From assembly GCA_000182565.2 (NCBI GenBank), contig KQ257453.1: a stretch of 64,000 bases of DNA. One strand, written 5' to 3'. The notes under the pieces were generated by a model. It worked only from the letters and a program-made list of their open reading frames with translations. It was not told where the DNA came from and did no database searches. Numbering within the stretch: the first letter of the stretch is position 1; every line of letters starts with the position of its first letter. Positions 13,834-27,401 of the stretch are shown piece by piece. A program made the translations under genes and the position numbers. The DNA is from Spizellomyces punctatus DAOM BR117. Lineage: Eukaryota.

Positions 13834-14044
13834 CACCTGCCTGTGGTCGGCGATGAGACCAAATGGTCACTTCTACGCTATCTTGCACAAAAACGCCATG
13901 GCCATTGGTGACGGTCAATTCTATAACCAGGGCTCCTTGGCAAGCAACTATTATTAAATGGTAATTTATGATGCTTGCATGAGATTGAAGAATGGATAGT
14001 TTATAAAACTCTACATGGCCCACTGCTAACTCCGACATCTACAC

Positions 14045-15524
<1,480 letters not shown>

Positions 15525-15685
15525 TGGTGCAATGTAGGTGATGACCGCCGAACGAAAGATGCTCCAGACGTTGCTAACATCCAGTGTGCTGCATGATGGC
15601 GATGGTGAGTCACTGTTGCCATGACAAGCGGGATGATTCGGGCGGGCACACAAGCCTTTTATTTGCGCTGGTGGAAATTTGGGCC

Positions 15686-16856
15686 ATGACACATAGGAGG
15701 GAGGAAGGAACTCCTTCGGAAGGTGGCCATGCAACATCCTCAGAGGCGACGGAACTTCCTATAAAGGTCGGAGGACCGACTTGGTATAGCGATGCGGCAC
15801 AATATTGGGACCAAGTTGAACCAACAGTGGAGGGCATGTTGGGGGGTTTTGGGCAGTTGACCGACCTAGATAGCACAAGTTCGCTTCGATTTATTGATGA
15901 ATTTATCAACGGAAAGAAGGGGCCAGGTGGAAGGATTGTTAAACCACCGCGTATTGGCAAGACTCTGGCTTGCGGTTTGTATTTTACTAGATATCTCAAT
16001 CGACGCGTATCGTTTAAATATTGAAGCGCCAGATTGCGGTGCGGGAATCGGTCGAGTATCGAAGAACTTTTTATTGAAAGCATTTGATCGTGTCGACTTG
16101 GTAAGCCGTAACCCGAAATCATTCATGTGGTCGGTATATTGATACCCCGCTCAATTTTATAGGTCGAACAAAATCCCAAATTTCTCGAGGAGGCAGAGGC
16201 TTCATTCCTTGGTAAGGAATATGCTGCACGGGTCGACAGGTTTATCCCAAAAGGATTGCAAGAGTTCTCCCCAGAGGTACAGTAATATTTTTACAAAACA
16301 GGACTCGGAAGTTTACAATAGATCAAATATCTTAATTAAACGGTTCAGGAAGGAAGATACGATTTGATCTGGACTCAATGGGTTCTTGGCCATCTAACGG
16401 ACGGTAGGTATGTTTGATCTAGCAAGTCTCGAGTTGATGAACCTAATGGCCTGTATGTCGTCAGATGATTTTATCGCCTTCTTCCAGAGATGCAAGCAGG
16501 GATTGAAGCCAAATGGCTTGATTGGTGTGAAGGAAAACGTGACCTCCCAAGGTGTTGATGTTGACAAGGAAGACAGCAGCGTCACTAGGTAAGTCCATGA
16601 GCCAACGTTCGCGGTATGGAAAACGTTCCTTCGTAATGATCTCTCCTAGATCTAATGCGATACTCAAAGAACTGTTCGCAAAAGCTGGCCTGCGTTTGAT
16701 TAAAGAAGAAAAACAAAAAGGCTTCCCACAAGGACTGTATGGCGTGTATATGTGAGTTACAGAGATATCTCTCAGTGTTTGGCATGTCCGGACACTCTGT
16801 GCATGAGCCAGTCCGGTAACCGATGTCTCCATCACGTAAGGTATATGCTTGAATAG
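15686..16856 (+). CDS. NTM1: Alpha N-terminal protein methyltransferase
   Basis: WYSDAAQYW, GMLGGFG, DCGAGIGRVSK, YDLIWTQWVLGHLTD, VKENV, DSSVTR. Confidence 0.93.
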
Positions 16857-17168
16857 GCTTCCTCGGACGTATACATGGTCCCCAGGGTTTGGTTTGGGGC
16901 TCGCCCACCATGGAAAGCGTTTGTGACAAGTTGACAAAGAGTCATTAAGCAAGCCGCTGTGTACACGTACGAAAAAAGGGTTTCTGCTGCTTTCAAGGGT
17001 TGTTAACTCGTTAGCACATTGCACCCGCCATATGTGATACCGGAATATTGTCGTTGGTCATTGTTATTTTACAGTCGGCTCCGCTTTTCGTCAGTATCAT
17101 AAGAATTAGAATAAGAACTACTTGCAAGTGCATATAACGAGACTAGGAGGGTCTGCGTAGCATCTACA

Positions 17169-18866
17169 ATGCAGAGTCCTTCCAGACTGCTTCCCTGCTT
17201 CTGGGCTCTGTTGTCTCGACCGCCCAACCTTGGGAACCTCTTGTGCTTTGTTTACCTATGCGCTGAAATGATGAACGCTCTGACGGCAGCAGAATCAGGT
17301 CGCGAGCGCATATTGTTGGGCAAATCGCTTTTGGACCTGGTTCACTCAGAAGATGTACCAGGTCTGTTAAGTGGAAGAGCTTTCGAGGAGGAGAGGTTCC
17401 CTCGGTATGTACCGCTTTTTAGTTGGTTCACAAATTTAGAATAAATCTATCCTTATGCACGTCCAGGTTCAGGCTACGGAATTTCTTGTTCGCTACTACT
17501 GATGACCCCCTGCTGCCACAGTTTCTATGGTTAACTGCTTCTGTGACACGCATTTCTGCAGATCTAGTTCTCGCTTTCTTCCATTTCGCACATTTCAACG
17601 ATATGCACTCTGTGCAACCCTCATCGCGACTGCCATTCTTAGATCGTCACCTATGCCGGACGCAATGTGCGTGGAGACCGGAAGATACGCAGAGGGTGGT
17701 GACGGTCATGGGCGGTGATCCCAATGTTCAAGGGGCATTCGATGTTGAGCAGCTGGCGGTCCTTCTTAATTTGCCTCGTGATTCACCATCCGAGCGACCA
17801 ACTCAAACCAGTACACGACTGGCTGTATCAGGCATTTTAGGCGATATGATTTGGGACGCCGCTTCGCGTACGGCGAACTCGGTGACCCTTGTGTCTGTTC
17901 CTTTTGTAAGTATTTATCGTACATACAGCTCATGGGGACTACTCATCGATTCTTCCCAATGCGATGAAACTACCCATCAGTTTTTGACCCAACCAAATCT
18001 CATCTCTGCCGCGTGGAGTCCAGTCGAGTACATACTCCTGACACAATGGTTGCAAAGGTCAATATTTTTGCAACCGCACTTACCTGAGCAGTTTCACACT
18101 CGACACAGCTACCAATGTGAAAGTCAATTGTCTCAGCATTCGCGCCGTTTTGTACTGGCGTCATCTCTGGCATTCCTACATGGGGACACACTACTGATAA
18201 TAACACATCTCGGGTCAACACCAGGTCTCGCACCCGTCCGACCGCTGTTCAGTCCGCCAGTGATTAACATGCAAACTCCTCTTGGCGACCCGATGAGCAG
18301 TCTGCCTTCCGGAGATCCGCTTTCGCGACAGCTGCTTCCCGAACCCTAAATCGGTCGCTTGAACCGCCATTACCGCCGATGCAAATGCGTTCTCATCTGC
18401 CCTCATTGCCCCCGATAACAGAATTACTCTCCTATGTCGGAGAAAGCTGCTCAGCTCAGGATGGCGGTCAACAAGGTATACCTGTTACAGATGTGTTGTG
18501 ATCCGGCACACCGCCTATCAGCTGATAGTAATTTCCAATTATCAAAGCATTTGAGACACCCGCAGACAAACGATCCGGCGAATGGCTTACGTTTGAGGGT
18601 CCCCGAGTTATGAAGTTATTGCAACCCCCGTCGATACCTTTACGTTTACCCACGCCCGAACATGCGAGAGAGGACCGCCGTTCGTTTGCAGGACGAAGCG
18701 ACTTTATGGATCGCTTCTGTCGGTCTTGCGATCCGAGCTCAAGGGGACTGAGGAAAAACTCGTAAAGATGCAACTCTCATTATGATCACAATGACATATC
18801 TGTCTAACATCAGCAAACACTGGACTATGCAGTATTTGCGAAGCATGCGGGTTTCTGATAGTATGA
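17169..18866 (+). CDS. PAS-like domain protein with degenerate C-terminal GATA-like Cys motif
   Basis: LPCFWALLS...FVYL...LLGKSLLDLVHSED (PAS-like); LVLAFFHF; LPSLPPITELL; predicted CRSC-x12-CEACG after intron 18762-18832; frame junction near 18220-18330 unresolved. Confidence 0.55.
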
Positions 18867-19051
18867 TATGCTGCATATTTTTGTTACCCTCTGGTATTAT
18901 ACGCTAGATCATCTTATGTGTTAGGTGTGGTCGCATAATATGGCCCGTGCATGCTATTTGTTCTTTGTTTATTTTCATGAGTTCACGTGTTTCTCGGATC
19001 CAAACCCAACTTGGTCATGTCATGCTGCGATCTCTAACATGACTTTGGAGC

Positions 19052-21757
19052 ATGGAAGAGTTGGAAGTACTTAGGGGCTTACACGATGCCCTTCAAGCAG
19101 TACGTACCATTGTCGAATTATATGACTTGGGGGCGGCGTTCTTTTTATTCACCTAATGGTCCAGTGTGTCGACGATGACCGTGCACTCGATGCCTTCTTC
19201 AAACATCTCCAAGATTGGCTGGCTGACCCAGGCCGCTTCACTCCCAGCCAGCAGCTTGAGTTTTTTGAGACGCTACGTGGGTTGCTACTAACGTCGGAAG
19301 GTTACGCGAGGGTATGAAGGTTCAGTTTGAGGGATCGCCAACGGCGGAATGCAACCTGTAATAACAATACTCGTTCAGCCGGTCCTAGTAGAACATGGTT
19401 GGGAGGTGGCAAGACTTTTGGGCCCATATATTGCCCCTCCGGAACTTGACCTTGAGGGCAACGCCGAAAAAGTCAGTGACATTTCAAAGCTCTTGCTTCG
19501 AGGGATTGCAGCAGAATGCCATCCTCGGGAACTTGCGATGTTCTCCTTGGAATACGTCAGCGAGCTTCGTTGGGATTATGCGGAGGATTCAAGTATGCTA
19601 TATCACAAGATGGCAGTTTTTATGGAATTTGCAAATGTGTGGGTTAAAGGTACGTACCTGGTGGATGTTCAACAGGGTGGATCCAATTCTTACATCACCG
19701 CCCGGGCAGCTATTGGCAGGATAAAACCGACCCGGCTTTCGGTCTTCATGCAGAGCGCTTTGCCAACGATACTCCGGGCCGTGGAAGTCTGTGATCATCT
19801 ACGCAGTGTAACTTTTCCGGCGGAGACTGACAAAAGGTAAGGTGTGATAAGTAATGCCATATCTTCGTCTCATAATTCAATGACAACGCACTTGCAGAAT
19901 TTCCAGTATGCATGATGTCCTCTTGCGATTCTATCTGGATGTATTGGAAGAGCTTACTAGAGTGGTTGATGAAGTGCGAGAGGTAAAAACGGTAAAAGCC
20001 TGAATTGGACATTGAACATATTAAGATCTCCTATCCAATGCAGCGTGCAGATGCAACTGAACAGGAGCGTCAGCGGTTTCTCTTGGCATATTTCGTTTTT
20101 GAAATTTGTCGAGGAAGCGTGGCAAATCTCCCTCTTGCGTTAATGGAAAGCAAAAGCCGACGAGCGGTCTCTTATTGGGGAGACCTGCATCGTCTACTGG
20201 TAAGGCCTCGCCACGCGGATGCTGCGAAACAGGACTGCCTTCCTCATTTTTCTAGGCTACAGGTCGCGCCATAGGGCTAACGCTGTCGACCTTGCTAAGC
20301 GCCAAATGTGGTAAGTTTATGATGTATATGGGTCGAAGCATAGTTATCATTCTTGGTCTCTGACAGTCTAGTAAGGCAATTCCAAAGCTGTCGGCGTGGA
20401 TCTACAGTGGTCATCCGTTGGACGCTCGATTTTCATTGTCTTGGCGATTGTTCAGTACACTTTAAATGAAGCTGCGGAGAAGTCTGCCGCCGAGTGTGGG
20501 GATTCCCCCTTATTTTTGGAGAGGCTAAATTCGGAATGGCTGTTGACAGCACTGCAGACTGACATACAGACATTGATCAGCAGGTACCTGGACGTTCAAA
20601 GCTACTCACAGCTGCTAAAGACCTGACACTGATTTTATACATTTACTAGACCAGAGCAAGTAGATGCTGAATTGGCGGATAAGGCACTCTTCGCACTGGA
20701 TGTCTGTATTCAGAGAGTACCACGTGAGAGCTTAAACATGACCTCATTTGAGGCGTCAACAAATGGGACCACTTTAAAGGAGCTTGTTCTGGTGAGAAAG
20801 ACTAACTTGCATTACTTCATATATGATGCACTTGCTTGTGAGCCCAACTTACACTTTGGCTGTTTAGTCCTGTTTGACATTCATGGCTTTAACTCCACAT
20901 CACCAACCACGCGCGAAGTGCTTCGCCCTTTTCAAAGAACTCATTTGGCGCTTGGAGGAAGAAGCCCGTGTATCAGTTCTGGTTCAGATGCTAACTGACA
21001 CGCCTTTGGTAAGCGTGCAAATTGCAGCCCTCTCGATATTGAAGGACAATGTACACGAATGCTGGAACAGATATGATCCCGCGCGGCCGCTCGACCGGGT
21101 GGACCACAAACCGGTAAGTATAGGAGGTTCCGTTTTAGGATTGGGTGGTGCTACCGTCTCTTACTCGATGAAAATTAGAGGTATTCGCTCTTTGCAGGCC
21201 CTTTCCTAACAGAAACATTCTTGTCTGTGCTTCTCGATCCAACCTCCATTCCTTATCGAGCGATTATGTCCGCTCATTGCAACATTTTGAATGACGACGA
21301 TGCCTTCTTTGAGAAACATGGATTGGTCATGCACACCCTGAATCTGTATTTGTACACGTTGATTAGAGACAAGCCGGATATCAACAAGGTAGGTTCCATG
21401 GTGGATTGTGTTGGACCTTGCGACTAGCTAAGATGTAATGGACGTCAGACCGGATTATGGACGCACGCTCATCTGGATTCCACCATGCGTCGTATGATCA
21501 AACCTCTTCAAGATCGGGTCATTGTTCTTCAAAAGCAGGTTAGCAGAAAGTTGGCTACAGTTCAAGATGATAATCCAGGAGAAACGAAGCAAGAGGTTGT
21601 TATGCTAGGTTGGATGCATAGCGTAAGAAAAGTTTTACTAAAACCGGTCTCACAGGATTTATATTCGAATAGCTTTTCACTCGATCTCATGGATGATGTC
21701 CTTGGTAGAGTAGTGGATCGCATGAACACAGGACGAGCTGTGTTGGATGACATGTAA
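19052..21757 (+). CDS. Glomulin/Ybp1/ALF4-family helical-repeat protein
   Basis: HGWEVARLL, IAAECHPRELAMFSLE, QIAALSILKDNV, MHTLNLYLY, SLDLMDDVLGRV; many GT-AG introns. Confidence 0.65.
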
Positions 21758-22131
21758 CTTAGTGAGGATTCTTCTGGTGGCCGTGGATAATGCTTCTGCA
21801 ATGTGGACGAAGCAGTAATCTTTACAATCCTCTGTGAGTTGAGGGGGGAGTTGAGTGAATACCGTTCCAATGTATATATGGTTTACAATCGCATTGTGTC
21901 AAGGAAGGCGCCATGAACGTTCACGATATCGTGGCAGCTGCGGGATCTTAAATGAATTGATTACGTTCCAACCAATTGATTGGTGACTTGTTTTTTGGTT
22001 GAAGGTTGCTGCTTTGCGATCTCTTTCCAAGAAGCATTTTCTTTCGAGGGTCTAGTTCGCGGTCTTGCCACATTAGAATATATATCTATACCTTTTGTTT
22101 CTGCGCTCTTGCTGAAGGGATTTAACTGAGA

Positions 22132-23249
22132 ATGCTCAGAACAGTGTGAGTTTTCCGTGAATGCAAAAAAATGACCGACCAGAAGGGTTGACAGTTGGAC
22201 AACAGGAAAGCTCGCACTGCAGCTGGAAAGCGTGCTCTAAAGAAACGTGAGCCTCAAACTATCGAGGAAGCCAAGCCTGCAGTGTTTATTAAAGGCACTA
22301 CAACGAGCCAGCTCGTAATGTCGGTCCTTAAGGATTTGGTAGGGTGGCAATATTTGGTATGCTGTCCCCACAAACTTGCCTGTAACTTCTCTGATTTTCA
22401 GTATTCGCTCAAACGCCCGGATGCTGTACTATTTGGCAAACGCAATGAAGTCAGACCTTTCGACGACCCTCGCCCTCTTGAATTCTTCTCTCAAAAGAAT
22501 GATGCTGCACTATTTGTCATTGCAAGTCATAGCAAGAAGAGGCCTCACAACCTTGTGTTTGCGCGAACATTTGACTACCAACTTTTAGATATGGTGGAGG
22601 TCGGAGTGGAAAAAGGGGTTCCTATGGAGATGTTCAAAACGACGAAATCCGCAGTTGGTCATCGACCACTACTTGTCTTTTCTGGGGATGCGTGGGACTC
22701 TACAGACGAGCTCCGCACCCTCAAATCCATCCTTCTCGATATGTACCGTGGGGCAACCAGTAACGACATGGTAAATTTAGCGGGGGTGGAGCACCTTATT
22801 TGCATTACAGCAGAGAGTGCACAGAAAGTATATCTGCGGACATATACGATACAACTGAAGAAGAGTGGAACACGATTACCAAGGGTAGAGTTGGAGGAAA
22901 TGGGACCTGCTTGTGATTTGGTTATCAGGCGTTGTAGGACCGCAGACACGGATCTGTGGAAGGCAGCCACTAGGGTGCCCAAGGAGCTGAAGGTAGGAAA
23001 CTGCACATGCACGTCGCCTTTCATTTCTTTGGTTCGGATTACTCATATGCATACACCGCGGTACAGCCTCAGAAGGAAAAGAATATTGAACGGAATGAGC
23101 TTGGTGATAAGATGGGACGAATTCACATGCACAAGCAGGATCTCGGAAAGCTGCAGACAAGGAAGATGAAGGGTTTGAAGCGAGGTCCTGCAGAAGATGA
23201 GAACGAGGATGAGGAGGAAGGACAAAGCAAAAAGCGAAGAGAGGATTGA
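22132..23249 (+). CDS. RPF2: Ribosome production factor 2 (Brix domain)
   Basis: MLRTV|KARTAAGKRALKKREP, SHSKKRPHNLVFARTFD, LPRVELEEMGP, KQDLGKLQTRKMKGLK. Confidence 0.96.
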
Positions 23250-23798
23250 CTGTATATAGGTGTGGCTGATGACTGATCGTCGTTATTGATGCTTTGTATT
23301 ACATTTTGTATATTTACTTGCATAACTTAGTCTTGCTCGTCTACATTTAAGTACATTATTGAAGCTCCATCCTACAATCGCATGAAACTCCAGATATATT
23401 TTGTAAAAAGTCCACCCCCTCGAAATAGTTTCCAATAGCTGATCACCACGGAAACTGTCGATACTACTACCTTTCTCCATGGTATATAGCTTGCAAGTGA
23501 TTATCTATCGTAACGGCCAGACGGGAGAAAGACTTCCGAGCCACCACCTTCTTGCGCAACAGGCCCTTTTATCGACTGATGTGCAGCGTGCTGAGGGTGT
23601 CGAGAAGCATATTCACCTCTATATCCACGATTGTAATTTTGGCGTTCTCGTCAAATATTCTCCAAGTCGGCGGACAGCGTTTTGTCCGCCCATTCATTTC
23701 GGAGTTACAACCTCGACTCAACTTCCGCAGCGATATACAAGTCAAGCATAAGATCCAGCCCATTTGAAAGTCCCGGCGGTCAGTGCAACTGGCGCATC

Positions 23799-24470
23799 CT
23801 ACTCCGGGGTTCGCGGTCCGGCAACGGTTTCAATTGCCTTTTCGGCAAACTCTCGAAATATAGGTATTTGCTCCATTGCCTGGTCTAATGCCTTCTCTGG
23901 GTCCTGCGCCGAATCAAGCTCTTTTAGAATCTTCTGTAAATCCACGTTTGAGAGTATATCACTGATATCCTTGGACGCTCCTAGGAGACGCATGAGATGG
24001 TTACGGAGCAGGCATAAATCCAAAACTTAATGCCTCCTAACCTAATCTTCCCAGCTGCTCATCCGTCAGCAGACTGCCTTCCTCATCCATATCTTTCAGG
24101 GGCGCACTTACGGGCTCTATTACCGAAGTTAACACACTGTTAACATGGATTTTCCATATTGGCTAGTAGTTGGTAGTTCTTACTTTCTTTAGGACTTTCT
24201 TCAGAAATCGGAGGGGAGCATGGTGTTTCTAAACAATAGCTATGTCTAGTAATAGTCCCAAGGATGATAGAAAAGTAGCGCAAAAAAGTATAATACCTTT
24301 ATGTTTTTTGTAACATGCCAAAGAGCAACTGGAACGATAGATCAGTACTGCGACCAGGCAGGCTTCGTAGTATTCAGCACTTACTATGGCAGGATGCAAG
24401 TTGAACACTTGTATTTTGCAGCCTGCTCTTTGCAGACTTGGCAGGCTGCCTTGCCATGGATCACGGACAT
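23799..24470 (-). CDS. HIT1: Zinc finger HIT domain protein (Hit1/ZNHIT3-like)
   Basis: Spliced MSVIHGKAACQVCKEQAAKYKCSTCILPY|CSLACYKKHK; C-terminal LQKILKELDSAQDP...PIFREFAE. Confidence 0.85.
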
Positions 24471-24529
24471 TGTTATAGATTACTTTCAGGAAGGTCAAGG
24501 TGGAAAGCGCAGGATCTGGGTTCTGTTGA

Positions 24530-24540
24530 TTCACGTGATC
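24530..24540. promoter_or_regulatory. E-box TTCACGTGATC (reverse complement GATCACGTGAA)
   Basis: Near the centre of the 126-bp gap between HIT1 ATG (24470) and helicase ATG (24597). Confidence 0.55.
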
Positions 24541-24596
24541 TTGCAGAGTCTCTCAAAGTCAGCTACAGGCACCAATGCATGATAGATCTTCGCAGG

Positions 24597-27355
24597 ATGA
24601 GCAGACGACATTCGCAAACACAAGAGTTCCCACACTATGACGCTAGCCGGAAGGAGCTGCCTATTTACACTTACCGGGAAGAGTTGGTGGAGGCAATGAA
24701 CCGATTTCAGTGCCTCATAGTAGTAGGAGATACAGGTGGGCGTGTCGTTCAATAGTAGCGTCGACCATCCACACACTTATCGTGACTTGACGTTGTCCGG
24801 GGCTCACGTATTTAAAGGCAGCGGTAAAACAACACAATTACCGCAGTATGTATTGGAGGCCTTACCGGAAATTCGAAACATTTGCGTCACCCAGCCGCGG
24901 CGAATTGCTGCGATCTCGGCTGCCCGCCGTGTCGCCGACGAACGACGGACGCGACTCGGGGAACAAGTGGGCTACTCGATCAGATTTGAACGTTCTGCAT
25001 CGTCTTCTACACGTCTTCTGTATGTGACAGACGGCACTCTGTTGCGATCCGTCGCTGCTGACCCTAAAGTCTCGGCATACGATCTCGTAGTATTAGACGA
25101 AGCTCACGAGAGATCGCTTGAGACAGATGTCCTCTTCGGCCTGTTACGAAGAGCATGCAGATTGCGCCCCGAGCTGAAGGTTGTTGTGATGAGCGCGACC
25201 CTCGATATTGATAAATTTTCCGAGTTTTTCGGTGATGCACCAGTCTTCTCCATTCCGGGACGTATGTACGCTGTGGACATTCTATGGCAGAAGAAAATGA
25301 AATTGGGCACCGCGAAGGCCACTTTTGTGCGAAGATCCGTTGATACCGTCCTACACATTCACAAAAATGAGGAACCAGGGGATGTGTATGTACTTCCCAC
25401 TCAGGTCTGAACGGACGTCATTCTCATGCCGGATTCCAAGACAGTTTGGTTTTTCTTACAGGTCAGCAAGAAATCGAACAGGCAACCAGATTACTGCAAG
25501 AAGCCCACGAGGCATTGGACTATGTAGAGGTGCGGCATCGAAGTAGAGTACATGATATTGCCGTGTATCCTATCTTTTCGGCATTGGAGACACTCGAGCA
25601 ACGTGCCATCTTTGAAGCAACTCCGGAAGGTGTAAGGAAAATTGTCTTCGCGACAAATATTGCCCAAACCAGTGTCACCATTCCAGGTATCCGGTAGGTT
25701 GCCAGCAGGGTTTTGAATTGTTCAACCAGGGATTTATGTATGTCGCCAGATACGTGGTGGATTCAGGGTTTGTGAAGCAAAAGATGTACGATGCCCAGAC
25801 AGGCGTGGACGCGCTTGTGGTTGTACCCATCAGTCAAGCTGCTGCAACCCAGCGCGCAGGTCGTGCTGGCCGGACAGCTTCTGGAAAGGTGTACCGTTTG
25901 TACTCTCGTGAGGCTTTTGAAGACATGGAACCTGCAACCGTACCAGAGATCCAGCGCAGTTCTCTTATCGGGACGGTTCTGTCTCTAAAAAAGATGGGCA
26001 TCGATGATATCTTGAACTTTGAGTTCATTGATCCACCAGATCCAGATTTGGTGGTGGCAGCTATCAAGCAGCTTTTTTTATTGGGAGCTGTAGATGAACA
26101 CGGTCATCTTACACCGCTTGGCCATCAAATGTCCGAATTCCCTATTTCACCTTTCCTTTCTCGCGTCCTTATCTCTGCTGCTTTAGATTTCAGTTGTTCT
26201 TATGAAGCTTTGATTATCGCCTCGATGCTGTCAGTGGAAGAAATCTTCGCTACTCCTCGCGGCAAGAAAAAGCAAGCAGCCGCTGAAGAGTCCAGGCGGC
26301 GGTTTGATGACCCTAGTGGGGACCATTTGACTCTACTTCGCATATTTCACGAATGGAGGGACTACGGGTACTCAAAAGACTGGGCCTTTAGCAACTTCAT
26401 ACATTTCCGTGCCTTGCAAGCAGCTAGGAAGGTCAAAGAGCAGCTAACGGAAATAATGGAAAGATTAGAATTGCCTATTGTTACGTGCGAGGTGGATGAC
26501 CGGGAGAGGGAGAAGAAGCGCTTGCGACGGGTAGAAGACCCTGACCATGGCAGAATCAGAAAAGCTGGAATTTGCGACTTTGGGAACGGCCGGCATGTGG
26601 ATTCCACGCCTATCTTACGGGCTTTCTGTACGGCATTCTATGTACATACCGCGAAGCGGCACCCACAGAGACCAGTGTTCTATCCGTACGTTACTTCCAT
26701 TGGGGCAAACGTTCCAACAGGACAGCAGACGCCAGGGGGTTCGGGTATGAGCAGCGCTCATCTAATGGCCCTATATCTCCATCCACAGTCAGCACTCTCC
26801 ACTGAGGACATCAACCGGTTGGACTGGGTCATTTACAATGATATTCAGTACGTCAACCGAGCAACGATGCGTGTATCTAGCAAGATACGCTTTGACTGGG
26901 TCGATGTTTTGATGGGGAGACTCAAGGTCGTCGATGAGGAAAGATTAGCGGGTCGAACTCCTGCGACCCGTGAAGGTCGGCGGCCGTCTATTATCAGCGC
27001 TGTGGGAGAGGTTGACAGTAAAAGTGAAGAGAACGAGGAGAATGATGCGGATGGTCAAAGGGAGAAAGAGCCAGAATTTGAACTTGTGCATGAGGTGATT
27101 GATGAGATGCATCGGGTGGAAAGGGCTATTGGGGACGAGGTGGGCAAATCTGCTGTACACGTGGGGCTGCAGCATAATGGACATGGCGGCAACTCATCCA
27201 CAGGACGACGAGTGTCGCTGGGAGGCGGGGAGGGAGGGCTTGGGGATTTGCACAGTGAGAAGGTCACAGAGAATGCGGACGCGGAGGCGACTAGGAGGGA
27301 GAGTATGGTCAACGCTGCAAAGGAAAGATATCTAAAGAGGAAAAATCGACGCTGA
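24597..27355 (+). CDS. DEAH/RHA RNA helicase (DHX8/DHX40-like)
   Basis: GDTG|SGKTTQ, TQPRRIAA, DEAHER, SAT, ATNIAQTSVTIPG, QRAGRAGR, HA2 region; very short N-terminus. Confidence 0.92.
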
Positions 27356-27401
27356 TTCCACAATGTATATTTTATCAATAGCTTCTATATAGTTGTAGCT
27401 A

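Noticed and set aside
23330..23790. Short ORFs between RPF2 and HIT1
   Set aside because: No motifs; best explained as convergent 3' UTRs
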